DNA from: Prevotella sp.
Lineage (GTDB): Bacteria; Bacteroidota; Bacteroidia; Bacteroidales; Bacteroidaceae
Assembly: GCA_022769825.1 (NCBI GenBank)
Contig: JALEJI010000045.1
Coordinates: 22,932 to 86,931, forward strand
Direction: 5' to 3'
DNA length: 64,000 nucleotides
Shown: positions 10,596-20,526 of the stretch, piece after piece
Position numbering within the stretch: the stretch's first letter is position 1
How the letters are laid out: every line of letters starts with the position of its first letter
Made by a program: the position numbers and the translations under genes
Notes under the pieces: generated by a model
Database searches by the model: none
What the model saw: the letters and a program-made list of their open reading frames with translations, nothing else
Told to the model about the DNA's origin: nothing

Positions 10596-11690
10596 ATGAG
10601 AAAAGGATTTTTGATGGCTGGCCTTGCCCTCTGCATGGCCGTCACAGTAAACGCTGAGGTGCCAGACTGGCTGAAGATGTTCAAGATTTCGGGTTACGGC
10701 ATGACCCAATATCAATACAGCGGACAGGAAGGCGCCAAGGCAAACAGCTTCAACATCAGGCTGGGACGTGTGATCGTCGATGCCAAGCCACACAAGGACT
10801 GGACGGCAAGGGTGCAGTTCCAATACAATGGCAACACGTCGGACTTGTCGAGCTCGCTGAAGGTGGTAGACGTGTATGCCGAGTGGCAGAAATACGAGTT
10901 TTTCCGCATCAAGGGCGGACAGTTCAAGCGCCCTTTCACATTTGAGAACCCAATGAACCCCATCGACCAAGGATTCATGGCCAATGCGCAAAACATCACC
11001 AAGCTGGCAGGCTCCTCCGACCGCGACGGTGCCTCGTCGAGCAACGGCCGCGACATAGGCGTGCAGTTCCAGGGCGACTTCCTGAAGAATGCCAACCACC
11101 GCAACCTGTTGCACTACCAGATTGGCGTCTACAATGGCCAGGGCATCAACCAAAAGGATGTAGACCAGCAAAAGGACATCATCGGGGGCGTGTGGGTAAT
11201 GCCCGTGAGAGGCATGCGCATAGGAGCCTTCGGCATGGAGGGATCTTACTCGAGGAAAGATGCCAACAACGTGGTGGTGAAGCTGCCACAGCACCGCTAC
11301 GCGCTCTCGGCAGAATACAAGGTCAACGACTGGACAATGCGCTCTGAGTATATCCACTCCACGGGCAGGGCTTTCAAAAAGACCGAGAACTCAAAGGCCG
11401 ACCGCAACGACGTTACCATCAACGAGGGTCTTGGCTCAAAGGCCGATGGCGTGTATGCCCTGTGCATCGCGCCTGTCGTCAAGCATAAGCTCTACGCCAA
11501 GGCACGCTACGACCTTTACCGCAAGTCGGCAGAATGGAGCTCGGCAAAGACGTTCTATGAGGTGGGCGCCAACTACGTGTTTTCAAAGAACCTGCAACTC
11601 AACATGGAATACGCGCTCGTGAACGACAGGGCCTTGGCCGACAAGCACAACTATAGCATGTTCGACTGCGAGCTCGACTTCCGCTTCTGA
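10596..11690 (+). CDS. Outer-membrane porin (phosphate-selective porin O/P-like)
   Basis: Signal peptide, GQFKRPF, GRDIGVQFQG, GVYNGQG, alternating beta strands and C-terminal Phe; -7 box TACTTTTG at 10530-10537. Confidence 0.8.
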   Translation: MRKGFLMAGLALCMAVTVNAEVPDWLKMFKISGYGMTQYQYSGQEGAKANSFNIRLGRVIVDAKPHKDWTARVQFQYNGNTSDLSSSLKVVDVYAEWQKYEFFRIKGGQFKRPFTFENPMNPIDQGFMANAQNITKLAGSSDRDGASSSNGRDIGVQFQGDFLKNANHRNLLHYQIGVYNGQGINQKDVDQQKDIIGGVWVMPVRGMRIGAFGMEGSYSRKDANNVVVKLPQHRYALSAEYKVNDWTMRSEYIHSTGRAFKKTENSKADRNDVTINEGLGSKADGVYALCIAPVVKHKLYAKARYDLYRKSAEWSSAKTFYEVGANYVFSKNLQLNMEYALVNDRALADKHNYSMFDCELDFRF

Positions 11691-11712
11691 GAAAAACGTC
11701 AGCTAAAACTTT

Positions 11713-11766
11713 AACAGGGCTGGATTCACACTTCACAATGAAGTGGAATCCAGCCCTGTTTTTTTT
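11713..11766 (+). terminator. Rho-independent terminator after the porin gene
   Basis: AACAGGGCTGGATTC...GAATCCAGCCCTGTT followed by a T-run. Confidence 0.8.
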
Positions 11767-11853
11767 GCCTGAGACATGGGTGGCATCGGGTGAGAAACAA
11801 CATTTCAGCCACGTTGAATCTTGGTTGAAAGGCAGCATGCACCCACGCTAAAA

Positions 11854-12234
11854 TGTAAAATATTATTGTCGAAATTTAACACTTGGAAACAGGTGCAAAT
11901 AGAGCGGGAAAAAGGCTTGAAGATACCCTTTGGCAGCACCATCAGCCGGTTTTTGACCAAAATCCATTGCCTTTACGGTGTAATCGCGTCGCGATTTCAG
12001 TGTAACGGCGATGCGATTACACTGTAACGGCAACGCGATTACACCGTAACGGCAACGCGATTGCACCGTAACGGCAACGCGAAATCAGCGCATTGGCAAC
12101 GCCTAAAAACCGTAAAACTTATAGACCTTTAATAATCAGCGGATTATGAAAATTACCCATAATCGCGTCATTTCCACGCAAGCGACGACTTAGTTGAAAA
12201 AAATCGATTCTCAGACGACCATTTGTAAAATATT
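11854..12234 (+). mobile_element. Dispersed non-coding element, copy 1 (four 22-bp tandem units)
   Basis: Aligns end to end with 30019-30378 and the reverse complement of 58646-59005; TGTAAAATATT at 11854 and 12224; units at 11991, 12013, 12035, 12057. Mobility is inferred from dispersal only. Confidence 0.8.
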
Positions 12235-12254
12235 TTACAACATCCCTTCTTGCA

Positions 12255-12290
12255 ATTTCCCCCGGCAGACGTTTTCTCGCCGGGGGATAT
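12255..12290 (-). terminator. Hairpin downstream of the cupin gene
   Basis: TCCCCCGGC ... GCCGGGGGA stem. Confidence 0.5.
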
Positions 12291-12299
12291 TTCTTGCTC

Positions 12300-12641
12300 T
12301 TATTTCCGCTTCTCGTGCTCAGGCACCACGGCAAAGTAGACAGCGTCGTGGTCGGTGAGGTTTTCCATGTAGTGGCTGTGACCCATGGGGCAGTAGTGGC
12401 ACTGACCGGCACGACACTCTTCCACCGTGTCGTCGTAATGGAAAGTCAACGTACCGCTGACGACGAAGATAATCTCCGAGTTGCCCTCGTGGACATGCAG
12501 ACCGCTCGATGCGCCCGGACGAAGCGTGGAATACATTATCTTTACGTTGTCGTCCACATGGTTGCGTGTGTCCAAATGGCCCTTTCCACCCTTGAAACCC
12601 GTGAGATGAGCCTCAGCAATCTTCTCGAAATCAATAATCAT
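12300..12641 (-). CDS. Cupin domain protein
   Basis: Cupin motifs GLHVHEGNSEIIFVVSG and GQCHYCPMGHSH. Confidence 0.88.
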   Translation of the reverse strand: MIIDFEKIAEAHLTGFKGGKGHLDTRNHVDDNVKIMYSTLRPGASSGLHVHEGNSEIIFVVSGTLTFHYDDTVEECRAGQCHYCPMGHSHYMENLTDHDAVYFAVVPEHEKRK

Positions 12642-12668
12642 GGCAAATAGGATTTATGTGATGTAATA

Positions 12669-14660
12669 TTATTCGTTGACGACCTCGCCGTTGGCTGGAG
12701 CCGAGAGCTTGGCCACCTCGTCGAGCCACAATGTGGCCATGGCGTCAGACGGCATGCGCCAATCGCCTCGTGGCGACAGCGACACGGAGCCGACCTTTGG
12801 CCCGTCGGGCAGGCAAGAGCGCTTGAACTGCTGGTTGACAAACCTGCGGCAGAACGTGCCAAGCCAATGCAGGATGACATCGTCGGAATAGTGGCCCACG
12901 CCATCGTCGGTGGCCACGCCGTTGCCAAACGCCTTTTTGGCGAGCACGAATATCTTTCGCGGACTGAAGCCGTTGCGAAGGAAATGATAGAGGAAGAAGT
13001 CGTGAAGCTCGTAAGGGCCCACAAGGTCTTCCGTCTTCTGCCGTATGTTTCCCTCTTCATCGGCAGGTATCAGCTCTGGCGATATTGGCGTGGCAATGAC
13101 ATCGTAGAGTGTCGACGCCGACTTGTCGTCGACGGTCTGCGCCACGAACTTCACAAGGTAGGTAATCAGCGTCTTCGGTATTGACGCGTTGACGCCATAC
13201 ATCGACATGTGGTCGCCATTGTAGGTGGCCCATCCGAGGGCGAGCTCTGAAAGGTCGCCCGTGCCTATCACGAGTCCGTTGAGCTTGTTGGCGAGGTCCA
13301 TGAGAATCTGCGTGCGCTCTCGCGCCTGAGAGTTCTCGTAGGTCACGTCGTGCACGTCGGGATCTTGGCCGATGTCCTCGAAATGCTGCATCACGCTCTT
13401 GGATATGTTCACCTCGCGCATGTCAACGCCAAGACTCTGCATCAAGCTCACGGCATTGCGATGAGTGCGCCCGGTGGTGCCAAAGCCTGGCATGGTGACG
13501 CCCACGATGCCCTTGCGGTCGAGCTTGAGCTTGTCGAAGGTCTTTACGCAGACAAGGAGCGCGAGAGTGGAGTCGAGTCCGCCGCTGATGCCCAGCACCA
13601 CCGTCTTGGCATGAGTGTGCAGTATGCGTTTGGCGAGACCCATCACCTGGATGTTGAAAATCTCGTCGCACGACTTCTGCATGTCGCCATCGGAAGGTAT
13701 GAACGGGTGAGGGTCCACATATCGCTCAAGCGTGAAATTGTGGGGCACGGCGGCGGCCTCGGCACGGCCTATGTGTATCTCCTCGCCTATCATGCGGCGT
13801 TGGGCGTTTACGAAGGTGGTGTTGCTCCGCCTGTCGGCGTTGAGCTTTTCCACGTCGATTTGCGCGAAGACGAGTTGGCTGTCCATGGCGAAACGCTCGC
13901 TTTCGGCAAGCAGCTGCCCGTTCTCATATATCAAGGCGTTGCCACCGTAGACCACGTCCTGCGTGCTCTCGCCAAAGCCCGCGCCACTGTACACGTAACC
14001 GCAAATGGTGCGCGCGCTCTGCTGGCAGAGCAGGCTCTTCAGGTAATCGTGCTTGCCTATGAGCTCATCGCTCGCCGAGAGGTTGAAGATGATTTCGGCG
14101 CCCGCCAAGGCAAGGTGGTTGCTCGGAGGCGTGGGAGCCCAAACGTCCTCGCAAATCTCCACGCCGAACAACACGCCGTCGCCAGTACGGAACAGTTGCG
14201 GGGCCGGGGTGATAAACACTGGGTGACCGGCATAGCGTATCTCTTGGGGGCGCAGGTCTTGCGACGAGGCGAACCACCGCTTCTCGTAGAACTCGCTGTA
14301 ATTGGGAAGGAAGGTCTTGGGCACTATGCCAAGAATCTTGCCACGCTGGATGACGACGGCGCAGTTGAGCAGCAAGTCGCCCGCGACCAATGGCACGCCG
14401 ATGATGGAGATGATGTCAAGCTGCCGGCTGAACTCCAACAGCTGCATCACGCAGTTCTCCGTAGCGTCCAAGAGTAGTTGCTGACGGAAGAGGTCCTGGC
14501 AGGTATAACCCGTGACGCAAAGCTCGGGGAAGACTATAATCTCCGCGCCCTGCCCCTCTGCCATGGCTATTTGCGACTCTATTTCCTTGATGTTGCTCAC
14601 GCAGTCGGCAACCTTCACAGTGGGTACCGCCGACGCCACCTTAACATATCCGTACTTCAT
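12669..14660 (-). CDS. nadE: Glutamine-dependent NAD(+) synthetase
   Basis: CN-hydrolase domain ([18 protein letters not shown]) followed by synthetase domain ([30 protein letters not shown]). Confidence 0.96.
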   Translation of the reverse strand: MKYGYVKVASAVPTVKVADCVSNIKEIESQIAMAEGQGAEIIVFPELCVTGYTCQDLFRQQLLLDATENCVMQLLEFSRQLDIISIIGVPLVAGDLLLNCAVVIQRGKILGIVPKTFLPNYSEFYEKRWFASSQDLRPQEIRYAGHPVFITPAPQLFRTGDGVLFGVEICEDVWAPTPPSNHLALAGAEIIFNLSASDELIGKHDYLKSLLCQQSARTICGYVYSGAGFGESTQDVVYGGNALIYENGQLLAESERFAMDSQLVFAQIDVEKLNADRRSNTTFVNAQRRMIGEEIHIGRAEAAAVPHNFTLERYVDPHPFIPSDGDMQKSCDEIFNIQVMGLAKRILHTHAKTVVLGISGGLDSTLALLVCVKTFDKLKLDRKGIVGVTMPGFGTTGRTHRNAVSLMQSLGVDMREVNISKSVMQHFEDIGQDPDVHDVTYENSQARERTQILMDLANKLNGLVIGTGDLSELALGWATYNGDHMSMYGVNASIPKTLITYLVKFVAQTVDDKSASTLYDVIATPISPELIPADEEGNIRQKTEDLVGPYELHDFFLYHFLRNGFSPRKIFVLAKKAFGNGVATDDGVGHYSDDVILHWLGTFCRRFVNQQFKRSCLPDGPKVGSVSLSPRGDWRMPSDAMATLWLDEVAKLSAPANGEVVNE

Positions 14661-14668
14661 ATAGGCAT

Positions 14669-15886
14669 TTATCTAATAGTGACCTGAGTGGCGCCATATC
14701 CATATTCCTGGAACGACGCGTCTTGCCACTGGTAAGACTTGTGTTTATAGGTCAGCTCGTTGATGAGGGCTCGCCTCAACACCCCGGCACCCTTGCCGTG
14801 GATGAAGATGAGCTTCTGGCCTTTCTTGTTACCGTATTGTTTCAAGGTGTCGCGAAACACCTTCATCTGGTATTCGAGAATGTCGCCAGCCTGCATTCCC
14901 TGCGTGGTGTCGAGCAGCGTCTCGGCGTGCAAGTCGACGACAAGCGCGTCGTCGAGGCCGCGATTGCGCACATACGGCGCGTTCTTGGCGTTGCCCTTGC
15001 TCTGGTTGTCCTCGTAGCGGCGCACGAGTTGCTTCCTCTGGTCAGCGGTAGCCTCGTCTCGGCCCTGGGCGTCGGCATGGCTGTACATTTCCTTCTTCAG
15101 TTCCTTGGCATCCACCACAAGCGGGCGGACGGCCTTGTCGTTCTCCACGATGGTATAAAGCAGCACCGGGGTCTCGAAGAAAGGCGTGTCCTCGAAGGTG
15201 TGGGTCTTGTAAAACTTCAATGGCTCAAGCCTCAGCTCCACGTTGACAGGGGCCTTCACGATGAAGTTCTTGTCGCGCTTGTAGGCCAGGAGCTGCACCA
15301 CGAGCCTGCCCACGTGGTTGATGTCCTGGGCGTTCATCTCCTCGATAAACACCTTGGTGTTGGGCTCTGCCTCGCCCTCGTTCTTGACGGAGCAGCTGTT
15401 GCCCTCGACCGAGAGGATGACATAGCGGAGGTAATAGTTGCTGTCGTTGACGAAATAGCACTCAAAGTGTGGCGTGTCCAGGCTGCTGTCGCTTGTCGGG
15501 GCGAAGGCTATGTAAGCTGACAGCTGGTTGCCGCCCTTGCGTTCCTCAGCCTTGGGGCGGAAGGTGACATCCTTTGAGAGGTCAACCGTGTCGGGCGCCG
15601 ACATGTCAACCTCCTCGTCTTGCCCCTCCTGCATCATCGCCTTCACTGAGCGATGGCCACGCAGCAGCGGTGTCTCGGCGGCCTTCTGCTCCTGGGCCTC
15701 GGCACGACGGTTTATGACATTGGCCGTGCTGTAGTCCTCGCTCTCGACCACCACCACCTCATTGACGGGAGTTGGAATCTGGAAACCGTCCTCATCTTCC
15801 ACCAACACGATGTTCTTGCCTTGGAAACCGGCGACCTTTCCACCACCGGTCTCGCTAAGAAACTTTACTTTATCTCCTATCTTCAT
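14669..15886 (-). CDS. DUF2027 / Smr-MutS2 domain protein
   Basis: N-terminal MKIGDKVKFL; C-terminal Smr domain VDLH...FIHGKGAGVLR...YGYGATQV; start moved to 15886. Confidence 0.85.
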   Translation of the reverse strand: MKIGDKVKFLSETGGGKVAGFQGKNIVLVEDEDGFQIPTPVNEVVVVESEDYSTANVINRRAEAQEQKAAETPLLRGHRSVKAMMQEGQDEEVDMSAPDTVDLSKDVTFRPKAEERKGGNQLSAYIAFAPTSDSSLDTPHFECYFVNDSNYYLRYVILSVEGNSCSVKNEGEAEPNTKVFIEEMNAQDINHVGRLVVQLLAYKRDKNFIVKAPVNVELRLEPLKFYKTHTFEDTPFFETPVLLYTIVENDKAVRPLVVDAKELKKEMYSHADAQGRDEATADQRKQLVRRYEDNQSKGNAKNAPYVRNRGLDDALVVDLHAETLLDTTQGMQAGDILEYQMKVFRDTLKQYGNKKGQKLIFIHGKGAGVLRRALINELTYKHKSYQWQDASFQEYGYGATQVTIR

Positions 15887-15906
15887 ACTGATTTTCTTTA
15901 TTCTTT

Positions 15907-17190
15907 TTATGGTATAAGCAGGTTGGCGTCGCCATAGCTCAAGAAGCGGAAGCCATGTGACAACGCATAGTCGTAGACCACGCGCCAATCACCCTTGAGG
16001 AACGCGCTCACCAACAAGAGCAACGTGCTCTTGGGCTGGTGGAAATTGGTGACAAGCATTTTCACTATCTTGTAGACATATCCCGGAGCGATGATGATTC
16101 GCGTGGACGTGTGCAACGCCTCAAGGCCATCACGGTCGAGATAGTCGAGTATCGCCTTTATCGAGTCGCACACTTGCACGGGCTTGCCGTCCACGACGAC
16201 GAGGCCTGCCTCGTCGTGGGGCAAGTCGTAAGGCTCCCACTGCTCCACGCTCAGTTCCTCCTCGGTGGCATTGGGATTGCGAAGAATCTTCACGCCGACA
16301 TAGTACAGGCTCTCAAGCGTGCGGACGCTCGTGGTGCCCACGGCTATTGCGTTGCCTTCGTGTTGCAGCAGCCGCTCAAAGGTGTGGCGATGCACCACGA
16401 TATACTCAGAGTGCATCTTGTGGCCTTCTATCTCCTCCGTCTTCACCGGCTTGAACGTTCCGGCGCCTACATGCAACGTCACCTCGTCGCGAGTGATGCC
16501 ATGGGCGTCGATGTCTTTCAGCACCTTGTCGGTAAAGTGCAAGCCTGCCGTGGGAGCCGCCACGCTGCCCTTAATCTTGGAATAAACCGTTTGGTAAGTG
16601 GTCTTGTCGCTCTCCTCGGTCTTGCGGTTGAGGTATGGCGGAATGGGAAGCTCGCCCACGGCGTCAAGAATCTCGGCGAAGTTGACCTCGGCTGCGTCCC
16701 ACTCGAAATCGACCCAATAGTTGGTGCCCCCACTCTTCTCTATGGTCTTGCTCCTGTCCATCGTTGCCGACAGGGTGAGCTTGTGGCCTTTTATCTCAAA
16801 GTCACGCTTCAGCGCGCCATCCTTCCATTTCTTCAGGTTGCCTATCATGCAGAGCCAACTGCAACGTGCCGTCGACTGGAACATCTGCTCGTAGTCGACG
16901 GGCTGCGCGGGCTCCATGAGGAAGACCTCTATCAGCGCGCCAGTCTCCTTGCGGAAGTGCATGCGCGCCTGGATGACCCTCGTGTTGTTGAACACCATAA
17001 GCGCGCCCTTGGGAAGGTATTGCGGAAGATTATAGAAGACATCATCCGACAGCTTGCCCTTGTTGTATACCAACAGCTTGCTGTGGTCGCGTTCCTTCAA
17101 TGGGAACTTTGCTATACGCTCATCTGGAAGACAATAGTTATAATCGTCTATTCTTATATGTTTTGTATCCATGTCTGTGTTTTGATTCAT
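15907..17190 (-). CDS. queA: S-adenosylmethionine:tRNA ribosyltransferase-isomerase
   Basis: VFNNTRVIQAR, PIPPY, YQTVYS, GSVAAPTAGLHF, TLHVGAGTF, VGTTSVRTLES, TNFHQPKSTL; true start may be 17172. Confidence 0.96.
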   Translation of the reverse strand: MNQNTDMDTKHIRIDDYNYCLPDERIAKFPLKERDHSKLLVYNKGKLSDDVFYNLPQYLPKGALMVFNNTRVIQARMHFRKETGALIEVFLMEPAQPVDYEQMFQSTARCSWLCMIGNLKKWKDGALKRDFEIKGHKLTLSATMDRSKTIEKSGGTNYWVDFEWDAAEVNFAEILDAVGELPIPPYLNRKTEESDKTTYQTVYSKIKGSVAAPTAGLHFTDKVLKDIDAHGITRDEVTLHVGAGTFKPVKTEEIEGHKMHSEYIVVHRHTFERLLQHEGNAIAVGTTSVRTLESLYYVGVKILRNPNATEEELSVEQWEPYDLPHDEAGLVVVDGKPVQVCDSIKAILDYLDRDGLEALHTSTRIIIAPGYVYKIVKMLVTNFHQPKSTLLLLVSAFLKGDWRVVYDYALSHGFRFLSYGDANLLIP

Positions 17191-17891
17191 ATCGAGATGT
17201 TACCAAACGCCAATAGCGCGACGATGGCAATGGTGAACACGAGTGTCGCCACTACAACGTCAATATCGGCCTTGGCATAGCCCGATGCCGTGTATTGTGA
17301 AGATATGTATTGGAATTTGATGTTGAACTTATAAAACAACTTGTAGAACGCCAAGTAGACAACGACTCCCACAAAAGAGCCGTAAAGCATGCCGCAAAGA
17401 ATGTCGGACGGGTAATGCACGCCAAGGTAAAGCCGCGTCCAGCAGTTGAGCAACGCCCAAAGAAACATTACAATCGTGAAAAGTCTGTCTCGCACAAGCA
17501 AACTGAAAAACATCGCCAACGAGAACGTGTTGGCGGCATGCGACGAGAAGAAACTGTAGCTCTCGCTCAACGTGCCAGCCACGAGGTTCAACTGCGCCTT
17601 GACCATTGGGTCGTTGCACGGACGCAACCTCCCGACCATGGGCTTGACGATGAAGTCGCCAATGCCGCCGGCAAGACAAACGCACACCACTGCCGTGGCA
17701 ACGATAAGCCCTATCTGCGCCATGGTCTCATGGTTTTTCACGACAAGATAGAACAAGGCAATATAAAGGGGAATCCACGTCAGCCCGGATGTCAACATCG
17801 GGACTAACGCGTCAAAATAAACGGAGTTGCCGCTATTAAAGAAGCGCAACAGCGAGAGGTCTGCCGATAATATACATTCAAGCATCGTCAA
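17187..17891 (-). CDS. PAP2-family membrane phosphatase
   Basis: KPMVGRLRP, FFSSHA, TRLYLGVHYPSDI. Confidence 0.9.
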   Translation of the reverse strand: MTMLECILSADLSLLRFFNSGNSVYFDALVPMLTSGLTWIPLYIALFYLVVKNHETMAQIGLIVATAVVCVCLAGGIGDFIVKPMVGRLRPCNDPMVKAQLNLVAGTLSESYSFFSSHAANTFSLAMFFSLLVRDRLFTIVMFLWALLNCWTRLYLGVHYPSDILCGMLYGSFVGVVVYLAFYKLFYKFNIKFQYISSQYTASGYAKADIDVVVATLVFTIAIVALLAFGNISI

Positions 17892-18649
17892 ATCTTTTCT
17901 ATCATGCCCGACTTTATCCAGCCTTCCCTTCCGTCGCCAAGCTCCACTTGCTTCCAGCCTTTCAGGCCATCATCTATGATGTCCACTCGCGTGCCTTCGT
18001 GGATGACGAAAGCATCGGGACTCTTGTCCTCGGGAGTGGCCTTGACATTGATGGACGGTGACATGACGATGGCTCCGCAACCATGCTGAAGCCAATATTT
18101 CTGTTGCCAGGCAAACAATGTGGAAAACACGAACACCGCCAAGAAAGAGGCACTGCCAAAGAAGCCTGTCTTGCGCAGCCATAGCGGCGAGGCGAAAAGG
18201 TAGCAAAGCATGAGGACGAGCGCCACCACGATGCTGCCTATGCTCCACGACGCCCATGTGTCGACATTGGCGAATGTGACCACGTCGCGGTATAACGCCA
18301 CGAAGAAATTGTCTGACTCTGGGGTTATCTTGTCTATTGTCTTGGAGCGCGCGAACTGGAGGTTGAACTTCACGTCGGCGTCGCTCGGAGAAAGCCTGTA
18401 AGCTCGCTCGTAATTAAGGATGGCTTGGGCAAGGCTGTCGGAACGGTAATAAGCATTGCCGAGATTATAGTATAAGTCTGACGACACTCCCTGCCGCAAC
18501 AAAGCCTTGTAATCCGATATGGCTTGTTGGTAATTGCCCTGCCGATAGCAACTGTCCGCAATCTCCTTGGTGAGCGCGAAACCCGATAGCGGATTAAGGA
18601 ACACCAACAATAGCGTGACGACAAATATATTGAAATGGTGCTTTATCAT
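17888..18649 (-). CDS. batE: BatE, TPR + SH3 protein
   Basis: TPR YYNLGNAYY..AILNYERA, two TM segments, C-terminal SH3 IHEGTRV..GREGWI; last bat gene. Confidence 0.88.
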   Translation of the reverse strand: MIKHHFNIFVVTLLLVFLNPLSGFALTKEIADSCYRQGNYQQAISDYKALLRQGVSSDLYYNLGNAYYRSDSLAQAILNYERAYRLSPSDADVKFNLQFARSKTIDKITPESDNFFVALYRDVVTFANVDTWASWSIGSIVVALVLMLCYLFASPLWLRKTGFFGSASFLAVFVFSTLFAWQQKYWLQHGCGAIVMSPSINVKATPEDKSPDAFVIHEGTRVDIIDDGLKGWKQVELGDGREGWIKSGMIEKI

Positions 18650-20475
18650 TTTCTTTTCTTCATTACATCTTCTATGTTCTCGATGGCTGTCATGGCCGAA
18701 CGGAATGTCTTCTCCATGTTGCCGGCCTCGTCGCCTGGGGCGTAACGCTCGAACTCACACTCCTCAAGGGCAGACATGAACTTGCTTATTGTGTCGTCGT
18801 CGACTTCTCGTTGAGCAAGCTTTTCCTTTATGTTCTCACGCGAGAGACTTTCCACGGGCATGTTCAGCTTATAGCTTACATATCCCCACAATGTACGGAG
18901 AACCTCGTCATAGAACTCTGCGGTGTTGTGCTCAAACATCAGCTTGCTGGCCCTCTTCAAGCGTTTTCTCGCTATCTTGTTGGCTCGCTTGCCACGCATC
19001 TTCACCACGTCGCCATTCTCTATGGCGCGGCGACGGAACACTATGAGAAGCACGATGAAAGACAACAAAGGCAACAACAGGCAAATCCAATATGCCGCAC
19101 TGTCAAAGAAGACCTTGCCAGAAGCGGAACTGCTTGTCTCGCCACTCTTTATGGAATGTATGTCGTTGTCGATTATCTTGTCAAAGCTCTCTGTTGTCCC
19201 CTTGCCGTCGCCAGGCGTCACGTTGACGACAAACGGCTGGGTATGCAACGTTTTGTAGGCGTTGGCGTCAACATCATAATATATGAACGACACCGACGGA
19301 ATGGTGTACTTGCCTTGGTTGCGAGGCACGGCAAGGAAATCGTATACCATGTTTCCACCTACTCCGGCATTGGTGAGTTTTGTCTTGTCCGTCACCTTCG
19401 GGTCGTACTTGTCGAATCCCTTCGGGAACTCCACTACAGGCTGCTTTATGAGCTTCAGGTTTCCCGTGCCTCCCACGACAACCCTAAGAGTGATTGGAGA
19501 GCCAGCCTTTACCTCCTTGCTGCTGACGCTCGCGGTGATGTTAAACTTGCCTACGCCACCTGAGAAACCCAAAGGCTTTGCCGGCAACGGGTCAACCTGG
19601 ACAGTCTGGCCCGGCGCGACGATATTGCGCTTCACCTCCACATACCCTGAGCCACCGTTGAAGAAAGCCTCGAAAGGATCAACATTACGGTTCTGCTGAA
19701 CCACTATTCCCTTGAAGGTAATGGATGGTATCTGTAGCGAGCCTGTCATCTGTGGATACATCAGATACTGGCTCCACGTGACGCAACGATATGGACGGCC
19801 ATTGACTCTCTCCACATGGAAGCTCTTTTGCTGTGGCAGTGGTATCTCCTGGCTGTGGAATCCCGTCAAGTCTGGCATCTTGCCTTCCAGCTGGGTAAGG
19901 TCCACGAGAGTGTAAACCTTATACGTGAGAAGCACAGGCTCCTGCTCATGAACCCTCCTCTTATTGGCTGTCACCTTGATAAACAGGTCCTTGCCCGTGA
20001 TTTCCGAGCCGGCCTGCGCCATCCTTGGCTGTTGGCCTCCACCATCTTGATGCATCTGCGGAGCGCCTCCATTGCTCCTGGCACGTCCGCTGACGGCAAT
20101 GCGCACTGGCCTTGAAGCCACGTTGCGGCCCCTTACACGCGCGTGCGCCGCCGGAATGGTGTAGACACCGTTCCTCGCGGCGAAAACCGTGAAGGTGAAC
20201 GTGATTGACGATGAACTTGACGTATGGCCATTTATCATCTGGTAGCTGCTCTGCTGCGATGTGTACGGGCCAGCTATGAGCTCCAATCCCGACGGAATGT
20301 TCCCCGCGCGGAAATCATCCACGTCCTGGGTATTGATGGTATAAGCTATCCGGAAGTTCTCACCCGCCGACACTTTCGATGGCGCCGACACTGATATTTG
20401 CGCGTTGGCATTGCCCACGCCCCCTATCAGGAAGCCTAAGATAAACGAGATATATAAGAGTAAACGTTGCGTCAT
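18646..20475 (-). CDS. batD: BatD family protein
   Basis: Signal peptide, repeated Ig-like modules, C-terminal TM helix and CEFERYAP; operon position. Confidence 0.9.
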   Translation of the reverse strand: MTQRLLLYISFILGFLIGGVGNANAQISVSAPSKVSAGENFRIAYTINTQDVDDFRAGNIPSGLELIAGPYTSQQSSYQMINGHTSSSSSITFTFTVFAARNGVYTIPAAHARVRGRNVASRPVRIAVSGRARSNGGAPQMHQDGGGQQPRMAQAGSEITGKDLFIKVTANKRRVHEQEPVLLTYKVYTLVDLTQLEGKMPDLTGFHSQEIPLPQQKSFHVERVNGRPYRCVTWSQYLMYPQMTGSLQIPSITFKGIVVQQNRNVDPFEAFFNGGSGYVEVKRNIVAPGQTVQVDPLPAKPLGFSGGVGKFNITASVSSKEVKAGSPITLRVVVGGTGNLKLIKQPVVEFPKGFDKYDPKVTDKTKLTNAGVGGNMVYDFLAVPRNQGKYTIPSVSFIYYDVDANAYKTLHTQPFVVNVTPGDGKGTTESFDKIIDNDIHSIKSGETSSSASGKVFFDSAAYWICLLLPLLSFIVLLIVFRRRAIENGDVVKMRGKRANKIARKRLKRASKLMFEHNTAEFYDEVLRTLWGYVSYKLNMPVESLSRENIKEKLAQREVDDDTISKFMSALEECEFERYAPGDEAGNMEKTFRSAMTAIENIEDVMKKRK

Positions 20476-20526
20476 ATATTATTTGATCATTAACTCCTTA
20501 GAATCCATACAAGCGGTCATGGGCCG

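Noticed and set aside
11821-12066. Short ORFs inside the dispersed element (11821+, 11863-, 30041-, 58798+, 58863+)
   Set aside because: Starts, lengths and frames are not conserved between copies, and the 22-bp period is not a multiple of 3, so these are translation artefacts.
11991-12078. 22-bp tandem repeats as a CRISPR array
   Set aside because: The units are contiguous with no unique spacers, and there are no cas genes in the window.
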